Positions 8,961 to 20,605 of a stretch of 64,000 bases of DNA are shown one piece after another. The first letter of the stretch is position 1. Each line of letters starts with the position of its first letter. The DNA is from Nitrospiraceae bacterium (GTDB lineage Bacteria > Nitrospirota > Thermodesulfovibrionia > UBA6902): positions 141,262 through 205,261 of the forward strand of contig CP070632.1 in NCBI GenBank assembly GCA_020356065.1. Direction: 5' to 3'. A program made the position numbers and the translations under genes. Below the pieces are notes generated by a model. It was given only the letters and a program-made list of their open reading frames with translations, made no database searches and was not told where the DNA came from.

Positions 8961-10694
8961 ATGGGATTAAATTTTAAAGGCTGGAAAAAGAACTGGTCTT
9001 TAATGAGCGCTTTTTTCAACGCTGAAGAAATCAGGACAATCACAGACAGGTTAAAGCATTTAACAGCTGAACATATCGTGTTCTGCTCGTTCGAGAACAG
9101 ATTTGCCAGAAGTGGGGGTCTTGCTACTGTCATTACCAACATCCTGCCGTATCTTAAAGAGTTAAATACAGTCCAGTCTGTTATCCTCCTCACCCCTTTT
9201 TACCCGCATATAATGGACGGAAAGAAACTCAGGCCAACAGGGATAAAGTTTAACGTACAGTTCAGCGGAAAACCGGTCAGGGCAGAACTTTATGAGTATA
9301 CCTGGTCATACACCTCTCCTCTTAAAGGAAGTATAAAGGAATACTATATTGGGGCCAGAGGTTTTTTTGAAGCCAGTAACAGTCTTAAAGACCCTTATAT
9401 ATATATTGAAAAAAGCAAAGAGCAGAACAATAAAGCCCTTTGTCGTAACGCATTATTTTATTGTAAAGCTGTCCCTTCTGCTCTTGGTGCCCTGGGGATA
9501 CGGAAAAATATCATTTTTCATCTGCATGAATGGCAGACCGCTTTTGTTTCACTGACATCCAAGGAGGCCATGCTTAATCGCGTATTAATATCCGGTGCTA
9601 CTGTTCAGACAATGCATAATTCATATGATTCCCAGATCAGCTGGAAAGAGCTAAAAAGTATTTTAACCAGACCCAGACGACCGAGCCTGGCTCGAATAAG
9701 CGAACAATCGCTTTCAGCATATCAGATAGGACTCCAGCTGGTAGATGCCCCTCTTACAACCGTCAGTGAAAATTTCGCGAAAGAACTTACAACTGACATC
9801 ATTCAAACCAAGCATTATGCGCCTCATTTACAGAATATCCTGAAGGCAAACAAAACATTTGGTATTAATAACGGTATGTTTGTTGATTTCTCACCTGAAT
9901 TTCCCAAAAAAGATAAACATACTCTCAGTGAAATCAAGAACGTGAAATTAAAAAACAGAAAAGCCCTGCTCGAGATCCTTGACTGCTATCACCCAAAGGA
10001 ACGGTTCGGAGAATTGACATACAGAGAGAAATCCATAATAAAATTACCTGATAATGTACCGATCGTTGTTATGACCGGAAGACTCGATCCAATTCAGAAG
10101 GGATACTTCGTACTGTTGAGATCAATTGAGAAATTTGCCCGTGATAAAATTAAATTCATACTTGCCCCATTACCGGTAAACCCGGCGCACCTGGATTACT
10201 TTTACGAGATCGCATGCAAATGCAGAGGGAATGTTACAGTCTTCCCCCTCAGAATGATAAAGGGATACAGGGAACTGCAGACAGGAAGTACCTTTGGAGT
10301 CATGCCATCAATTTATGAGCCCTTTGGTGCCGCTGTTGAGTATATGGCCAGCGGCACTGTCGTAATAGGAAGAGCCACCGGAGGACTTGTAGACCAGATA
10401 GACAATACATGCGGTTTTCTGTTTAAAGAGGATGCTGTATTTTACAAGCCGGAAAACATCAGGGATTTTATAGACTCCGGCACAATAATGCAGGCAAATA
10501 AAATAAATACATGGGCGCAGAGCATGGCGGACAATTTATCATTAACATTAAAAAAGGCTTCAGAGATATATCAGAACCATCCATCTCAATATTACCGGCT
10601 TATACAGGAAAGTTTTAAAAAGGCGTCTCGATTTGACTGGAGAAAAGCTGCAAAAAAATACTTTCAGGTTTACAATATGGTTAATAATAAATAG
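8961..10694 (+). CDS. Glycogen/starch synthase-like glycosyltransferase (GT5, divergent GlgA)
   Basis: SFENRFARSGGLA, HLHEWQT, TVSENFAKE, GINNG, GRLDPIQKG, PSIYEPFG, ATGGLVD. Confidence 0.82.
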   Translation: MGLNFKGWKKNWSLMSAFFNAEEIRTITDRLKHLTAEHIVFCSFENRFARSGGLATVITNILPYLKELNTVQSVILLTPFYPHIMDGKKLRPTGIKFNVQFSGKPVRAELYEYTWSYTSPLKGSIKEYYIGARGFFEASNSLKDPYIYIEKSKEQNNKALCRNALFYCKAVPSALGALGIRKNIIFHLHEWQTAFVSLTSKEAMLNRVLISGATVQTMHNSYDSQISWKELKSILTRPRRPSLARISEQSLSAYQIGLQLVDAPLTTVSENFAKELTTDIIQTKHYAPHLQNILKANKTFGINNGMFVDFSPEFPKKDKHTLSEIKNVKLKNRKALLEILDCYHPKERFGELTYREKSIIKLPDNVPIVVMTGRLDPIQKGYFVLLRSIEKFARDKIKFILAPLPVNPAHLDYFYEIACKCRGNVTVFPLRMIKGYRELQTGSTFGVMPSIYEPFGAAVEYMASGTVVIGRATGGLVDQIDNTCGFLFKEDAVFYKPENIRDFIDSGTIMQANKINTWAQSMADNLSLTLKKASEIYQNHPSQYYRLIQESFKKASRFDWRKAAKKYFQVYNMVNNK

Positions 10695-10918
10695 TGTACC
10701 CATTAATGTAATTTAAAATGAGACAGGTATGCTAATGAAACTAATTCATCTATACTGGGATATAATATTCATAAACGCTCTGCTTAAATGTGTTCTTATA
10801 TGGTAATGATGCATATAATTAATCTCATCTCATTTAATGCGTTTTTTAGTACGCCTGTCTAAATATGAATGTTTATGAATAATATTACTGATATGATTCA
10901 TACATTGAAGGAGGAAGA

Positions 10919-11098
10919 ATGATAGCAGAAGTACAGATAATAGAAGGCGGTCAAACCATAAAAAAAGAACCTATGAAATTAAAAGCTGTAAAAGAGTTCA
11001 GTAATGATGTAATACTTTTTGAAAATGAGGAAGGAAGGGCAGTAATTTATTTCAAACAAAAAGATGAGTATATTCTCGTATCAATAGATATGGCATAG
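10919..11098 (+). CDS. Small hypothetical protein (59 aa), not in ORF track
   Basis: Strong RBS AAGGAGG before ATG; MIAEVQIIEGGQTIKKEPMKLKAVKEFSNDVILFENEEGRAVIYFKQKDEYILVSIDMA*. Confidence 0.7.
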   Translation: MIAEVQIIEGGQTIKKEPMKLKAVKEFSNDVILFENEEGRAVIYFKQKDEYILVSIDMA

Positions 11099-11311
11099 TA
11101 TTTTGCGTATTAGGAAATAAGCTGCGATAGTCACCAAACGCATTTGCATTTTATAAAGGGCTTTCATGACGTATCTGTGAAATTACAAATTACGAGTGAT
11201 GAGTAACGGTTACGGGTAACGAGGATAATAAGTGTAAAGTGCGAGGTTTTTTTCAGTAAAATGTATTTGAATTTTGGATTTTGATATTTATTTGTAATTT
11301 GTAATTTATCA

Positions 11312-12046
11312 TTATTCTCTCGCCCTGCCTGTCATCGGTACAAATGCAACGCCTCCCATCTGCTCAACCTCAAGCTCTTCTTGTATCTTTGTCACAAGAG
11401 TCAGTGTCTGAAAGTAGAGAGTACTTCCAAGCGGAATTATCAATTTGCCGCCCTCTTTCAGTTGCATTATCAGTGGCGGTGGTATATGGTTTGCTGAAGC
11501 CGTGATAATTATGGCATCAAAGGGGGCATGTTCGTCCCATCCAAAATAACCGTCGGCATATCGGGTTTTTACTTTATCATATCCTAGACTGTCAAGGAGT
11601 GATAATGCCTGTTTCTGAAGGCTTTCTATTATCTCTATTGTGTATACTTCAGAAACGATTTCAGCAAGGACAGCCGCCTGATACCCCGAACCAGTTCCTA
11701 TCTCAAGTACCCTGTCGGTTGATTTCAGGTTCAAAGCTTCCGTCATCAGGGCAACTACATACGGCTGTGATATCGTCTGTCCTTCTCCTATGGGGAGAGG
11801 ATGATCATTATATGCTTTACCGCTTAATGATTTATTGACAAACAGATGTCTCGGGATTTTGCCCATTGCCTGTAAGACCCTCTCATCCTTTATGCCCCTT
11901 TTTTCCAGCTGGTCACTGACCATTGCCGATCTCTGCCTACTATATGTTTCAGAATCCGGGTTATTAACAAGCGAATCAGGAGGAGAGGAAAATCCAGAAA
12001 GAAAAAAAGAGAAGATTAATATGAACAGTTTACCCATTGTATGCAA
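11312..12046 (-). CDS. pcm: Protein-L-isoaspartate O-methyltransferase
   Basis: [46 protein letters not shown]; hydrophobic N-terminus. Confidence 0.95.
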   Translation of the reverse strand: MHTMGKLFILIFSFFLSGFSSPPDSLVNNPDSETYSRQRSAMVSDQLEKRGIKDERVLQAMGKIPRHLFVNKSLSGKAYNDHPLPIGEGQTISQPYVVALMTEALNLKSTDRVLEIGTGSGYQAAVLAEIVSEVYTIEIIESLQKQALSLLDSLGYDKVKTRYADGYFGWDEHAPFDAIIITASANHIPPPLIMQLKEGGKLIIPLGSTLYFQTLTLVTKIQEELEVEQMGGVAFVPMTGRARE

Positions 12047-12107
12047 AAGACCCTGATAACTTAATGTTCGGAAACTATTTTTTATTAACTAATAAGGGGA
12101 CTGAGGG

Positions 12108-12731
12108 TTAAATACCTTTCATCAGTCTCCTTATATTGGCCTTGATATCACCAGACTGTATTGCCGATATTACGGCGCATGCATCTGCTCCCGTCTTCAT
12201 TATTTCACTGATATTGTCCCATGAAATCCCACCGATTGCAACAACAGGTATGTTTATTTTATTACAGACATTTTTAAGAGATCTCAGTCCTTTTGGTCTG
12301 CCGGCGTATTTAGTTGAAGTATGAAACACCGGTCCAAACCCGATATAATCAGCCCCTCTGTTCTGCGCTTCCATGGCCTGGACCAAATTATGAGTTGATA
12401 CTCCAATAATTGTGTTCCTGCCAAGAATTCGCCTTGCATCCTCGACCGGCATATCGTCCTGACCAATATGGACACCGTCTGCCCTGACAGCCATGGCAAT
12501 ATCAATATAGTCATTCATAATGAATTTCACTTTATGTTTCAGAGTAATATGCCTGACATTCACCGCCTCTTCATAAAGTCCTCTCTTGTGCATCTGCTTG
12601 TCCCTTACCTGTACTGTCTTCACTCCCGCAGATACAGCTTTCCTCACTATCTGAGAATGTGTCAGCCCGGTTATTGATGTATCGGTTATGAGATACAAGG
12701 GATTATTTTCAGAAAAGAGGTTTCTTAACAT
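12108..12731 (-). CDS. thiE: Thiamine-phosphate synthase
   Basis: LYLITD, VQVRDK, ND...ADGVHIGQDD, GVSTH, GPVFHTSTK, VAIGGI. Confidence 0.95.
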   Translation of the reverse strand: MLRNLFSENNPLYLITDTSITGLTHSQIVRKAVSAGVKTVQVRDKQMHKRGLYEEAVNVRHITLKHKVKFIMNDYIDIAMAVRADGVHIGQDDMPVEDARRILGRNTIIGVSTHNLVQAMEAQNRGADYIGFGPVFHTSTKYAGRPKGLRSLKNVCNKINIPVVAIGGISWDNISEIMKTGADACAVISAIQSGDIKANIRRLMKGI

Positions 12732-12923
12732 ATTTCAATCTAAGCTAGAGTGTTCAATACATGTATGCTTATAATGGATCTATTGATACAGTCATCAAAT
12801 GACCGTTGGCAGTTATTCCTGTTGCCTGCGGCAAGCAGGTTTTGCATCAATATTCAATAGGGATTCCCGAAGCATTTCTTTTGCGCGAATGACAAATGAG
12901 TGCTCTATATTCAGGAACAGCAG

Positions 12924-14282
12924 TCAGGCACTGGCAGAAGCTTTTTTAAAATTGTCAAGAAAATGCGTATTATATGTGCCGCTGATAAAATCCCTGTCTT
13001 TAAGGATCTTCAGATAGAATGGGATGGTTGTCTTTATCCCTTCAATAACAAACTCACTCAGCGCCCGTTTCATCCTCATTATCGCTTCTTCCCTGTCCCT
13101 TCCGTGGACTATGACCTTGGCAATCAGCGAATCATAATAGGCAGGCACTTTCCAGCCAGAAAATGCAGCGGTATCTGTTCTTACGCCATGACCACCAGGC
13201 GGGATAAAGAGCGATACTGTTCCGGGTGAGGGGATAAAACTTTCCGGATCTTCAGCATTAATTCTGCACTCAATGCTGTGGCCGGAAAATTTTACGTCCG
13301 ACTGCTTTAATGATAACATAGAACCTGCAGCAAGTTTGATCTGTTCCTTGATTATATCGATGTCCGTGATCATTTCTGTCACAGGGTGCTCGACCTGTAT
13401 TCTTGTGTTGATCTCCATAAAATATATATCACCGTTGCTGTCAAGAATAAACTCTACTGTACCGGCATTCCTGTATTTCATGGCTCTGGCGGCCTTGATA
13501 GCAGCATCCCCGACTTTTTTCCTGAATTTCGGAGTTGACAGGACAAAAGGGGCTTCTTCAACAAGCTTCTGATGTCTTCTCTGAATGGAACAGTCTCTTT
13601 CTCCAAGATGAATAATGTTCCCTTTTTTATCGGCAAGTATCTGAATTTCGATGTGTCTCATGTCAGAAATATATTTTTCCATATAGAGTTCACCGTTTCC
13701 AAAGGCTGCAAACGCCTCTTTCTGGGCCATGTGATACATCTTGCCAAGATATTGTTCTTCCGGAACTATTCTCATGCCCTTGCCACCCCCGCCTGCTGAT
13801 GCCTTGACAATAACAGGAAACCCTATTCTTTTTGCAGTCTCCATAGCCTCAGCTTCGTCACTGATCGGTTTATCACTGCCCGGGACAACCGGTACTCCTT
13901 TCTTCATCATGATCCTGCGTGCCTTTGCTTTGTCTCCTCCTAAACGGATATTATCAGCAGTTGGTCCGATGAAGGTAATATTTGATGCGGTGCAGGCCTC
14001 AACAAACTGGGGATTTTCAGCCAGGAACCCGTATCCGGGATGTATTGCCTCTGCATCGGTTATTTCTGCCGCGCTTATGATAGCCGGAATATTAAGATAG
14101 CTTTCTGCAGATGGCGCGGGACCTATACAGACAGCTTCATGAGCAATTCTGACAGGCAGGGTATCGCGGTCTATGTCTGAATATACAACGGCCGTTTCAA
14201 TACCAAGTTCATGGCAGGCCCTGATTATCCTGATCGCGATTTCACCTCTGTTGGCTATGAGGATTTTTTTGAATAATTTCAT
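12924..14282 (-). CDS. accC: Acetyl-CoA carboxylase biotin carboxylase
   Basis: [53 protein letters not shown]. Confidence 0.97.
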   Translation of the reverse strand: MKLFKKILIANRGEIAIRIIRACHELGIETAVVYSDIDRDTLPVRIAHEAVCIGPAPSAESYLNIPAIISAAEITDAEAIHPGYGFLAENPQFVEACTASNITFIGPTADNIRLGGDKAKARRIMMKKGVPVVPGSDKPISDEAEAMETAKRIGFPVIVKASAGGGGKGMRIVPEEQYLGKMYHMAQKEAFAAFGNGELYMEKYISDMRHIEIQILADKKGNIIHLGERDCSIQRRHQKLVEEAPFVLSTPKFRKKVGDAAIKAARAMKYRNAGTVEFILDSNGDIYFMEINTRIQVEHPVTEMITDIDIIKEQIKLAAGSMLSLKQSDVKFSGHSIECRINAEDPESFIPSPGTVSLFIPPGGHGVRTDTAAFSGWKVPAYYDSLIAKVIVHGRDREEAIMRMKRALSEFVIEGIKTTIPFYLKILKDRDFISGTYNTHFLDNFKKASASA

Positions 14283-14710
14283 GTCGAGGGTTCAATAAGA
14301 AAAAGAGGTTCACCATACTCAACAGGATGACCGTTTTCAACAAGAATTTTCGAGACTATACCGTGTGTGTCACTTTCTATCTCATTCATAAGTTTCATAG
14401 CCTCAACAATGCATAATACCTGTCCTTTCCTTACTGTGCTCCCCACTTCTACAAAGGGAGGGGACTCAGGAGACGGGGCTCTGTGAAATATTCCAACTAT
14501 AGGTGATGTAATTTTGGCCAGCATCAGATCGTCCGGAGCCTTCTCTTCAGCAGAAGCAGCATGATGGGGAACAGATGTAACCATTTCAGCAGCAGCAAGA
14601 TATTTCTCTCTTTTAATTTTGATCTTTGACCCATCCCGTTCAATCGACAGTTCTGTTACGTCTGTTTCCTTTATAAGATCAATCAGTTTCTTAATCTCAT
14701 CAAGTTCCAT
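14279..14710 (-). CDS. accB: Biotin carboxyl carrier protein
   Basis: [10 protein letters not shown] biotinylation motif. Confidence 0.97.
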   Translation of the reverse strand: MELDEIKKLIDLIKETDVTELSIERDGSKIKIKREKYLAAAEMVTSVPHHAASAEEKAPDDLMLAKITSPIVGIFHRAPSPESPPFVEVGSTVRKGQVLCIVEAMKLMNEIESDTHGIVSKILVENGHPVEYGEPLFLIEPST

Positions 14711-15270
14711 TATTTCACCTTTTCGATATATTCAGAGGTTCTCGTATCAATCTTTATTACATCTCCTTCATTCAGGTGAAAAGGCACCTTTACCGTGACT
14801 CCTGATTCCAGTACGGCAGGCTTGCTGCCACCGCTGGCTGTATCGCCCTTGAATCCAGGATCGGTCTCCGTTATTGCCAGTTCAACAAACATCGGGACTT
14901 CAACAGTAAGGGGTGATCCGCTGTATAAAAGGATCTTCACCATCATGTTTTCTTTAAGGAACTTTTTTGCATCACCGAGCTGTTCCGCTGTCAGCGGCAC
15001 CTGCTCATAATTTTCATTGTCCATAAAATGATACTGATCACCATCATTATACAGGTACTGCATGGACCGTTCATCAAGGTTAGGGGCCTCGAACTTTTCT
15101 CCGCCCTTAAAGGAGTCATCAAATATGCTCCCCGTCTTTAGGTTCTTCAGCTTGGTCCTGACTATTGCTCCCCCCCTTCCCATCTTATGGTGCTGGAAGT
15201 CTAGGATTTCGTGCGGAGCACCCTTATACTCGATTTTTTTACCCTTTCTGAAATCACTTGTTGATATCAC
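14710..15270 (-). CDS. efp: Elongation factor P
   Basis: KMGRGGA loop, MQYLY, PGFKGDTASGGSKPA, IDTR. Confidence 0.97.
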   Translation of the reverse strand: MISTSDFRKGKKIEYKGAPHEILDFQHHKMGRGGAIVRTKLKNLKTGSIFDDSFKGGEKFEAPNLDERSMQYLYNDGDQYHFMDNENYEQVPLTAEQLGDAKKFLKENMMVKILLYSGSPLTVEVPMFVELAITETDPGFKGDTASGGSKPAVLESGVTVKVPFHLNEGDVIKIDTRTSEYIEKVK

Positions 15271-15272
15271 AT

Positions 15273-16349
15273 TTACCTCTCTATTATTTTCAGTTTTTTT
15301 GGCAGCGATGTCATAACGTCAGCTCCGCCTTTTTTTGCCGCTACCATATCCTCTATTCTCACTCCCCCGAAACCCGGAAGATAAATGCCGGGCTCAACAG
15401 TAAAGACCATGTTTTCCTTGATAACTTCCCTGCTCCGCCATGATACAACAGGTTTTTCATGAACTGCAAGCCCGACACCATGGCCCGTTCCATGACCAAA
15501 ATACTCATCATATCCGGTCTGTTTAATATATGTCCTCGCGGCCCTGTCTATGTCAGCCGCATTTACGCCCGGCTGAACTTTAAAAATGGCCCTTTTCTGT
15601 GCCTCAAGCACATTGTAGTATAATTCTTTTTGCTTTGAAATGCTTCTGCCCTTAAGGAGTACGGTCCGGGTCATATCTGAAGTATAGCCTTTACATTCCC
15701 CTCCCCAGTCTATTACAACAAGATCACCGCCTCTGAGTTTTCTTTCTGTTGGCTGGGCATGAGGAAGAGCCGCTGTGGGACCAGACGCTACTATAACCTC
15801 AAACGGGAGTGTTTTGCAACCTTCAGACTTGAGCAACCCCTCAAGTTTTAAAGCTAATTTTTTCTCTGTCGTACCTGCCATGATAAATGGCTGAAGTTTA
15901 CGGAATGCAGATTCAGCCCTTTTCACAGCGGTCCTGATATCATACAGTTCCTGTTCGGTTTTTGTGATCCTTATCTGCTCGATCACATTAGTGAGCTGCT
16001 TAAGCCTTATTTTTCTTTTGACAAGCTTTCTGTATAAACCATAATTGACATTATGGTCTTCAAAGCCCAGAGTCCTTATCCTGTATGATTCACAATATTT
16101 TTTTATTTCACCTGTCCGTTCCGCATTCTCAATAATGATCTTGAACCCCTTCACCTCACCCCTGGCCTGTTCCTTATAGCGGAAATCGGTTATAAACAGA
16201 GCGTCCCTTTCCGTAATAATACTATAGCCCGAGGAACCGGTAAATCCCGTAAGATACCTAACGTTTATGAGATCCGTTATGAGGATAGCGTCAACCCGGG
16301 CTTTGGCAAGCTTTTTTCTAAGAAGCGCTTTTTTTTGCATTGGCAACAA
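15273..16349 (-). CDS. Xaa-Pro aminopeptidase (M24)
   Basis: [44 protein letters not shown]. Confidence 0.93.
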   Translation of the reverse strand: MLPMQKKALLRKKLAKARVDAILITDLINVRYLTGFTGSSGYSIITERDALFITDFRYKEQARGEVKGFKIIIENAERTGEIKKYCESYRIRTLGFEDHNVNYGLYRKLVKRKIRLKQLTNVIEQIRITKTEQELYDIRTAVKRAESAFRKLQPFIMAGTTEKKLALKLEGLLKSEGCKTLPFEVIVASGPTAALPHAQPTERKLRGGDLVVIDWGGECKGYTSDMTRTVLLKGRSISKQKELYYNVLEAQKRAIFKVQPGVNAADIDRAARTYIKQTGYDEYFGHGTGHGVGLAVHEKPVVSWRSREVIKENMVFTVEPGIYLPGFGGVRIEDMVAAKKGGADVMTSLPKKLKIIER

Positions 16350-16764
16350 TAACCGCAGCCCGCAATCCTAGAAGATAACTGTCAGGACCAAATCCGGCAA
16401 CCTGTCCTGATGCAACGGGAGAAATCAGAGACGTGTGCCTGAACTCTTCTCTCTTATAGATATTGGAAAGATGTATTTCAACCGCAGGGATGTCAACCGC
16501 TGCAATAGCATCTCTGATGGCAACACTCGTATGAGTATATGCGGCCGGGTTTATGAGCAGAGCTGAACATTTACCGGAATGCTGTATGATCTCCACTATT
16601 TCACCCTCATGGTTGGACTGGTGAATCGCCAGCTCAACACCGAGTTCTTCAGCGAGGGAGTTCAGGGAGTCATTTATCTCATCCAGTGTTTTGATGCCAT
16701 AAATGTCTGACTCTCTCGCACCCAGCAGATTGAGGTTCGGACCGTGAATAACAAGTATTTTCAT
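16318..16764 (-). CDS. aroQ: Type II 3-dehydroquinate dehydratase
   Basis: [33 protein letters not shown]. Confidence 0.97.
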   Translation of the reverse strand: MKILVIHGPNLNLLGARESDIYGIKTLDEINDSLNSLAEELGVELAIHQSNHEGEIVEIIQHSGKCSALLINPAAYTHTSVAIRDAIAAVDIPAVEIHLSNIYKREEFRHTSLISPVASGQVAGFGPDSYLLGLRAAVIVANAKKSAS

Positions 16765-17942
16765 GAGCTCCCCTTTTTTTTCTTTAAGCAGTCCAGAATG
16801 ATATGTGCTACCTCGATTTTCTTCATAATGGGATAATCTTTTACATCCCCCTTTTTATGTATCAATGTGACAATATTTGTGTCAGTATCAAACCCGGCAC
16901 CTTCCTGTGATATATCATTTAACACCATGAGGTCAAGCTTTTTTTCTTTTAGCTTGGCTGAAGCCCTTTTTACATTCTTACCTGATTCCGCAGCAAAACC
17001 TATGAGAAATCGTTTTCCTTTCCTGCTTCCCAGTTTTTTAAGTATGTCAGTTGTTTTATTTAATTTCAATGATTTAACTATGTTTTTATCAAGTTTATTC
17101 TTAGTATTTAAATCAGCTCTGAAGTCTGAAACTGCGGCAGACATGATCACCGCAGTGGCCTTATCCAGATGCTTAAATACTGCCTTTTCCATATCATCTG
17201 ATGTTTCCGCGTATACAATTGAAACGCCATGGGGAGGATCGACTGAACAGGGTCCGCTGACCAGGGTTACGTCTGCTCCCCGTCTCTTTGCTGCCAGTGC
17301 CAGAGCATAGCCCATTTTACCGGAAGAACGGTTTGAGATGTATCTGACGGGATCGATCTGTTCCCGAGTCGGCCCGGCAGTAACCAGTATCTTATGTCCA
17401 GTCAGATCATGAGGTGACATAACTGAAATTGCAGCTTCCACAATTTCACTGACTTCAGACATCCTGCCCTTTCCCTCTTCACCACAGGCAAGGCTCCCCT
17501 TTGCAGGACCTATAATTTCAACTCCTGTTTTTTTAAAATTTTTTATGTTTGACTGAACAGTCCTGTTCTTATACATCCGGAAGTTCATTGCAGGTGCCAT
17601 AAGCGCCGGTCCGTCATAGGCAAGCCAGAGGCAGCTGAGAAGATTATCAGCCAGTCCACAGGACAGTTTGTTAATTGTGTTGGCTGTGGCAGGCGCGATT
17701 ATGAAAAGATCAGATTCAGCAGCGAGGTGTATATGACAGTATGGATCCCTAAACAGGTCCACATGTACCGCATTTCCTGTAATGGATTCCAATGTATAAG
17801 GAGTGATAAAGCGACAGGCCGCATCGGTCATAACGACATTGACCTTTGCACCTTCGTCCATTAAACGTCTGGCAAGATCTGCAGCTTTGTAAGCTGCTAT
17901 ACTTCCAGTAATACCAAGAAGGACATTGCTTCCACTGAGCAC
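16761..17942 (-). CDS. coaBC: Phosphopantothenoylcysteine decarboxylase/ligase
   Basis: [51 protein letters not shown]. Confidence 0.96.
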   Translation of the reverse strand: MLSGSNVLLGITGSIAAYKAADLARRLMDEGAKVNVVMTDAACRFITPYTLESITGNAVHVDLFRDPYCHIHLAAESDLFIIAPATANTINKLSCGLADNLLSCLWLAYDGPALMAPAMNFRMYKNRTVQSNIKNFKKTGVEIIGPAKGSLACGEEGKGRMSEVSEIVEAAISVMSPHDLTGHKILVTAGPTREQIDPVRYISNRSSGKMGYALALAAKRRGADVTLVSGPCSVDPPHGVSIVYAETSDDMEKAVFKHLDKATAVIMSAAVSDFRADLNTKNKLDKNIVKSLKLNKTTDILKKLGSRKGKRFLIGFAAESGKNVKRASAKLKEKKLDLMVLNDISQEGAGFDTDTNIVTLIHKKGDVKDYPIMKKIEVAHIILDCLKKKKGSS

Positions 17943-17946
17943 TTAA

Positions 17947-18330
17947 TCAGCTGTCTCCGAAAATGTCCTCGATCGTCTTCTTCTGTTCTGACTCACCTTT
18001 TTCACTCAGATAGATTTTAAGGTCTTTTTCAAGTTCAGTCATATCCTCGGGCATGGTTTCCTTCTGCTGTGCCTCATCAATCACCTTTTGATGGGTCAGC
18101 TTTTTTGCCTCTTCACTGGCCTTTACAGCTTCTTCGCCAGTGAGTATTTTTACAGCGCCTGAAGCGACCTCTTCAATTGCCAGTGTAGTGATTTTTTGTG
18201 CCTTCGAAGAGATAACCGGCAGGGATCCCTGTGACAGATCTTTTGCTCTCTTGACTGCTGCCATGACCAGCCTGTAATTGCCATCGATTTTTTCCCTGTC
18301 ATATTTAATTGGTAATGAAATTATATCCAT
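17947..18330 (-). CDS. rpoZ: RNA polymerase omega subunit with C-terminal extension
   Basis: YRLVMAAVKRAKDL, KITTLAIEE; position between gmk and coaBC. Confidence 0.85.
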   Translation of the reverse strand: MDIISLPIKYDREKIDGNYRLVMAAVKRAKDLSQGSLPVISSKAQKITTLAIEEVASGAVKILTGEEAVKASEEAKKLTHQKVIDEAQQKETMPEDMTELEKDLKIYLSEKGESEQKKTIEDIFGDS

Positions 18331-18339
18331 ACATCCTCC

Positions 18340-18981
18340 TTAATTTATTATTTTTTTAATCCATTCATGATCAGCACATTCTGTTTTCAGCCTTGCTGAA
18401 AGCACTATGCTTTCAAGTTCCTTATATGCTGTATCAATCCTGTCATTCACAATTATATAATCGTAATTTTTATATTCCGATATTTCAGCCTTTGCGTTAT
18501 CAAGCCGTTTTGTTATAATTTCCTCAGAGTCGGTTTTGCGGTGTATCAGCCTCTTCTGCAGCGCCTCCATGGTCGGAGGTAGTATAAAAATATAAACAGC
18601 ACCTTTGTAGCTCTTTTTGAGCTGAATCGCACCATGGATATCTATATCGAGTATTATATCATAGCCCTTGCTGTTCAACTCCTTCACCCTCTTTATGGAT
18701 GTGCCGTAAAGGTTTCCGTGGACCATGGCCCATTCGGCAAACTCTCCCTTATCAATCATCTTCTTAAACGTCTCTCTGGTCACAAAAGTATAGTCCTCAT
18801 CATGTATTTCACCTCTTCTTGGCTCCCTCGTTGTGTAAGAGACAGACATCTTGATATCAGACATTTTATTCAGAAGCTTCCGGCAAAGGGTTGTCTTGCC
18901 TGCACCTGATGGCGCTGATATAACAAAGAGATTGCCTCTTCGCTGTATGGTCCTTTTAATTTCGGCGTTAGCTGCTGCCAT
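18340..18981 (-). CDS. gmk: Guanylate kinase
   Basis: SAPSGAGKTT, SYTTREPR, VHGNLYGT. Confidence 0.97.
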   Translation of the reverse strand: MAAANAEIKRTIQRRGNLFVISAPSGAGKTTLCRKLLNKMSDIKMSVSYTTREPRRGEIHDEDYTFVTRETFKKMIDKGEFAEWAMVHGNLYGTSIKRVKELNSKGYDIILDIDIHGAIQLKKSYKGAVYIFILPPTMEALQKRLIHRKTDSEEIITKRLDNAKAEISEYKNYDYIIVNDRIDTAYKELESIVLSARLKTECADHEWIKKIIN

Positions 18982-18982
18982 A

Positions 18983-19243
18983 TTATTCTTCTGATATAAA
19001 CCTCTGTGTTATGGTTTCAACCTGAAGAGCTGATAATATGATATGATCACTGTCAGTAATTATGATCGCCCTTGTCTTGCGCCCCTGTGTCGCATCAATA
19101 AGTTTTCCTCTTTCACCTGCCTCTTCACGCAGTCTCTTGATCGGCGATGAGCCGGGAGCTACAATGGCAACCACACGTGTCGCTGACACAATATTACCAA
19201 AACCGATGTTTATAAGGTTTATTAATTTACCGGACTTCTTCAT
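18983..19243 (-). CDS. remA: DUF370 / RemA family protein
   Basis: [43 protein letters not shown]. Confidence 0.92.
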   Translation of the reverse strand: MKKSGKLINLINIGFGNIVSATRVVAIVAPGSSPIKRLREEAGERGKLIDATQGRKTRAIIITDSDHIILSALQVETITQRFISEE

Positions 19244-19246
19244 TAT

Positions 19247-20098
19247 CTATTGAAGGTTTTGAATCTGCTCCTTTATCTTTTCCAGCTCGTGCTTGGATTC
19301 AACAACCTTTGTCGATATCCCAGCGTCCTGGACCTTGGCGCTGATCGTGTTTATCTCCCTGCGAAGTTCCTGTACCAGAAAGTCCAGTTTTTTGCCGATA
19401 GTATCACCTGCCCTCAGCACCTCTTCGAAATGCTTCAGATGGCTTTTGATCCTCACAATCTCTTCAGTAATGTCTGATTTCTCTATGAGATAAGCCACTT
19501 CCTGGACCAGACGTGTATCATCAACATCCTTGTCATCCAGGAGCTCCCTGATTCTGTCGCGAAGCCTGTTCTGTGAAGACCTGATAAAGTCCTGTCTCTG
19601 GTCTTCTATTGCCTTCAGATATGTGCGAAACAGATGAACGCGTTCAGAAATATCATCCATAAGCTCTTTTGCTTCATCAGACCGTGACCTCATCAGATCA
19701 TCAATAGCCAGATCAACAGCCTGATACAAATCATCTGTATTGACCTCAGGCTCGTCCATAAAAAAGATGTCCCTTTGGGATGCAAGCAACTGAATACCGA
19801 TTTCTTCATTAATAGAGAGTTCGTCCTTCAGTGAGGTCAATGCATTATAGTATTCCCTGGCGAGCGACCTGTTTACATTCAGCTTTATGCCTTCAATGTC
19901 CTGTTTGGGTACATAGACATCAATGCGACCACGATTAAGTTTCTTCTTGACAATCTTCCTTATTTCTGTTTCATGGGAGAATAAATAATAGGGAAGATTG
20001 ATATTGATATCAATATTTTTATGATTGGATGACCTGATCTCGATCTTAAAACAACCTGAGGTCCCTCTTCCATATCCTGTCATCGATTGCGCTGTCAT
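19247..20098 (-). CDS. yicC: YicC/YloC family endoribonuclease
   Basis: SMTGYG, RGRIDV, DITEEIVR, GKKLDFLVQELRREINTISAK, KEQIQN. Confidence 0.93.
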   Translation of the reverse strand: MTAQSMTGYGRGTSGCFKIEIRSSNHKNIDININLPYYLFSHETEIRKIVKKKLNRGRIDVYVPKQDIEGIKLNVNRSLAREYYNALTSLKDELSINEEIGIQLLASQRDIFFMDEPEVNTDDLYQAVDLAIDDLMRSRSDEAKELMDDISERVHLFRTYLKAIEDQRQDFIRSSQNRLRDRIRELLDDKDVDDTRLVQEVAYLIEKSDITEEIVRIKSHLKHFEEVLRAGDTIGKKLDFLVQELRREINTISAKVQDAGISTKVVESKHELEKIKEQIQNLQ

Positions 20099-20605
20099 AA
20101 TAAAAACTTACCTTTATCATTACGTATTCAAATCCCGGCCATAACATAATAATATATAATAATTGCTTACTTTAAGCAATAACCAGCATATTATCCTGTC
20201 TTTTGTGTAACCTTCCAGCGCTAGCAAACCGATGACAATAATTTTTGTATACCAATATCTTAAACGTTTTTTTTACTAACAGATTTAGACTTTCCATTTT
20301 CACGCATCATATCACCTGAATATTATCAATACGATATGTTGAGCATACTCATTCTTGTGCAAAATATGTGGCATAAGGTATACTTTTAATTATCAAAATT
20401 CTTGAGCGTTGAAACTCCGGAGAAGGTCTGTAGATACAGTATCAAACTGAACGCTAATTTCGCCTCTCGACTCTACACATTGTTTTTGCATGAGGGCAAA
20501 TCCAATATTGAATGAAATAAACGGGTGTCGAAACTCGACATCGACAATATAGATAAAAAAAACTGAACCGTTCACATAGTCGCCAATCAAATGTAAACTG
20601 GAAGA

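Noticed and set aside
11180-11310. Short heptamer-like repeats (ttacgag/gtaacg, tttgtaa)
   Set aside because: Degenerate low-complexity intergenic sequence; no CRISPR repeat-spacer periodicity and no cas genes
18983-19243. RemA homolog in a diderm
   Set aside because: yicC-remA-gmk-rpoZ is a widely conserved arrangement, not novel
20368-20385. TGGCAT... as a sigma54 promoter (similar case near 58568)
   Set aside because: No GC at the -12 position
20490-20545. GGGCAAA... resembling a c-di-GMP-I riboswitch
   Set aside because: Lacks the GAAA-capped P2 stem followed by GACGCAAAG and any P3; only a short unrelated hairpin is present
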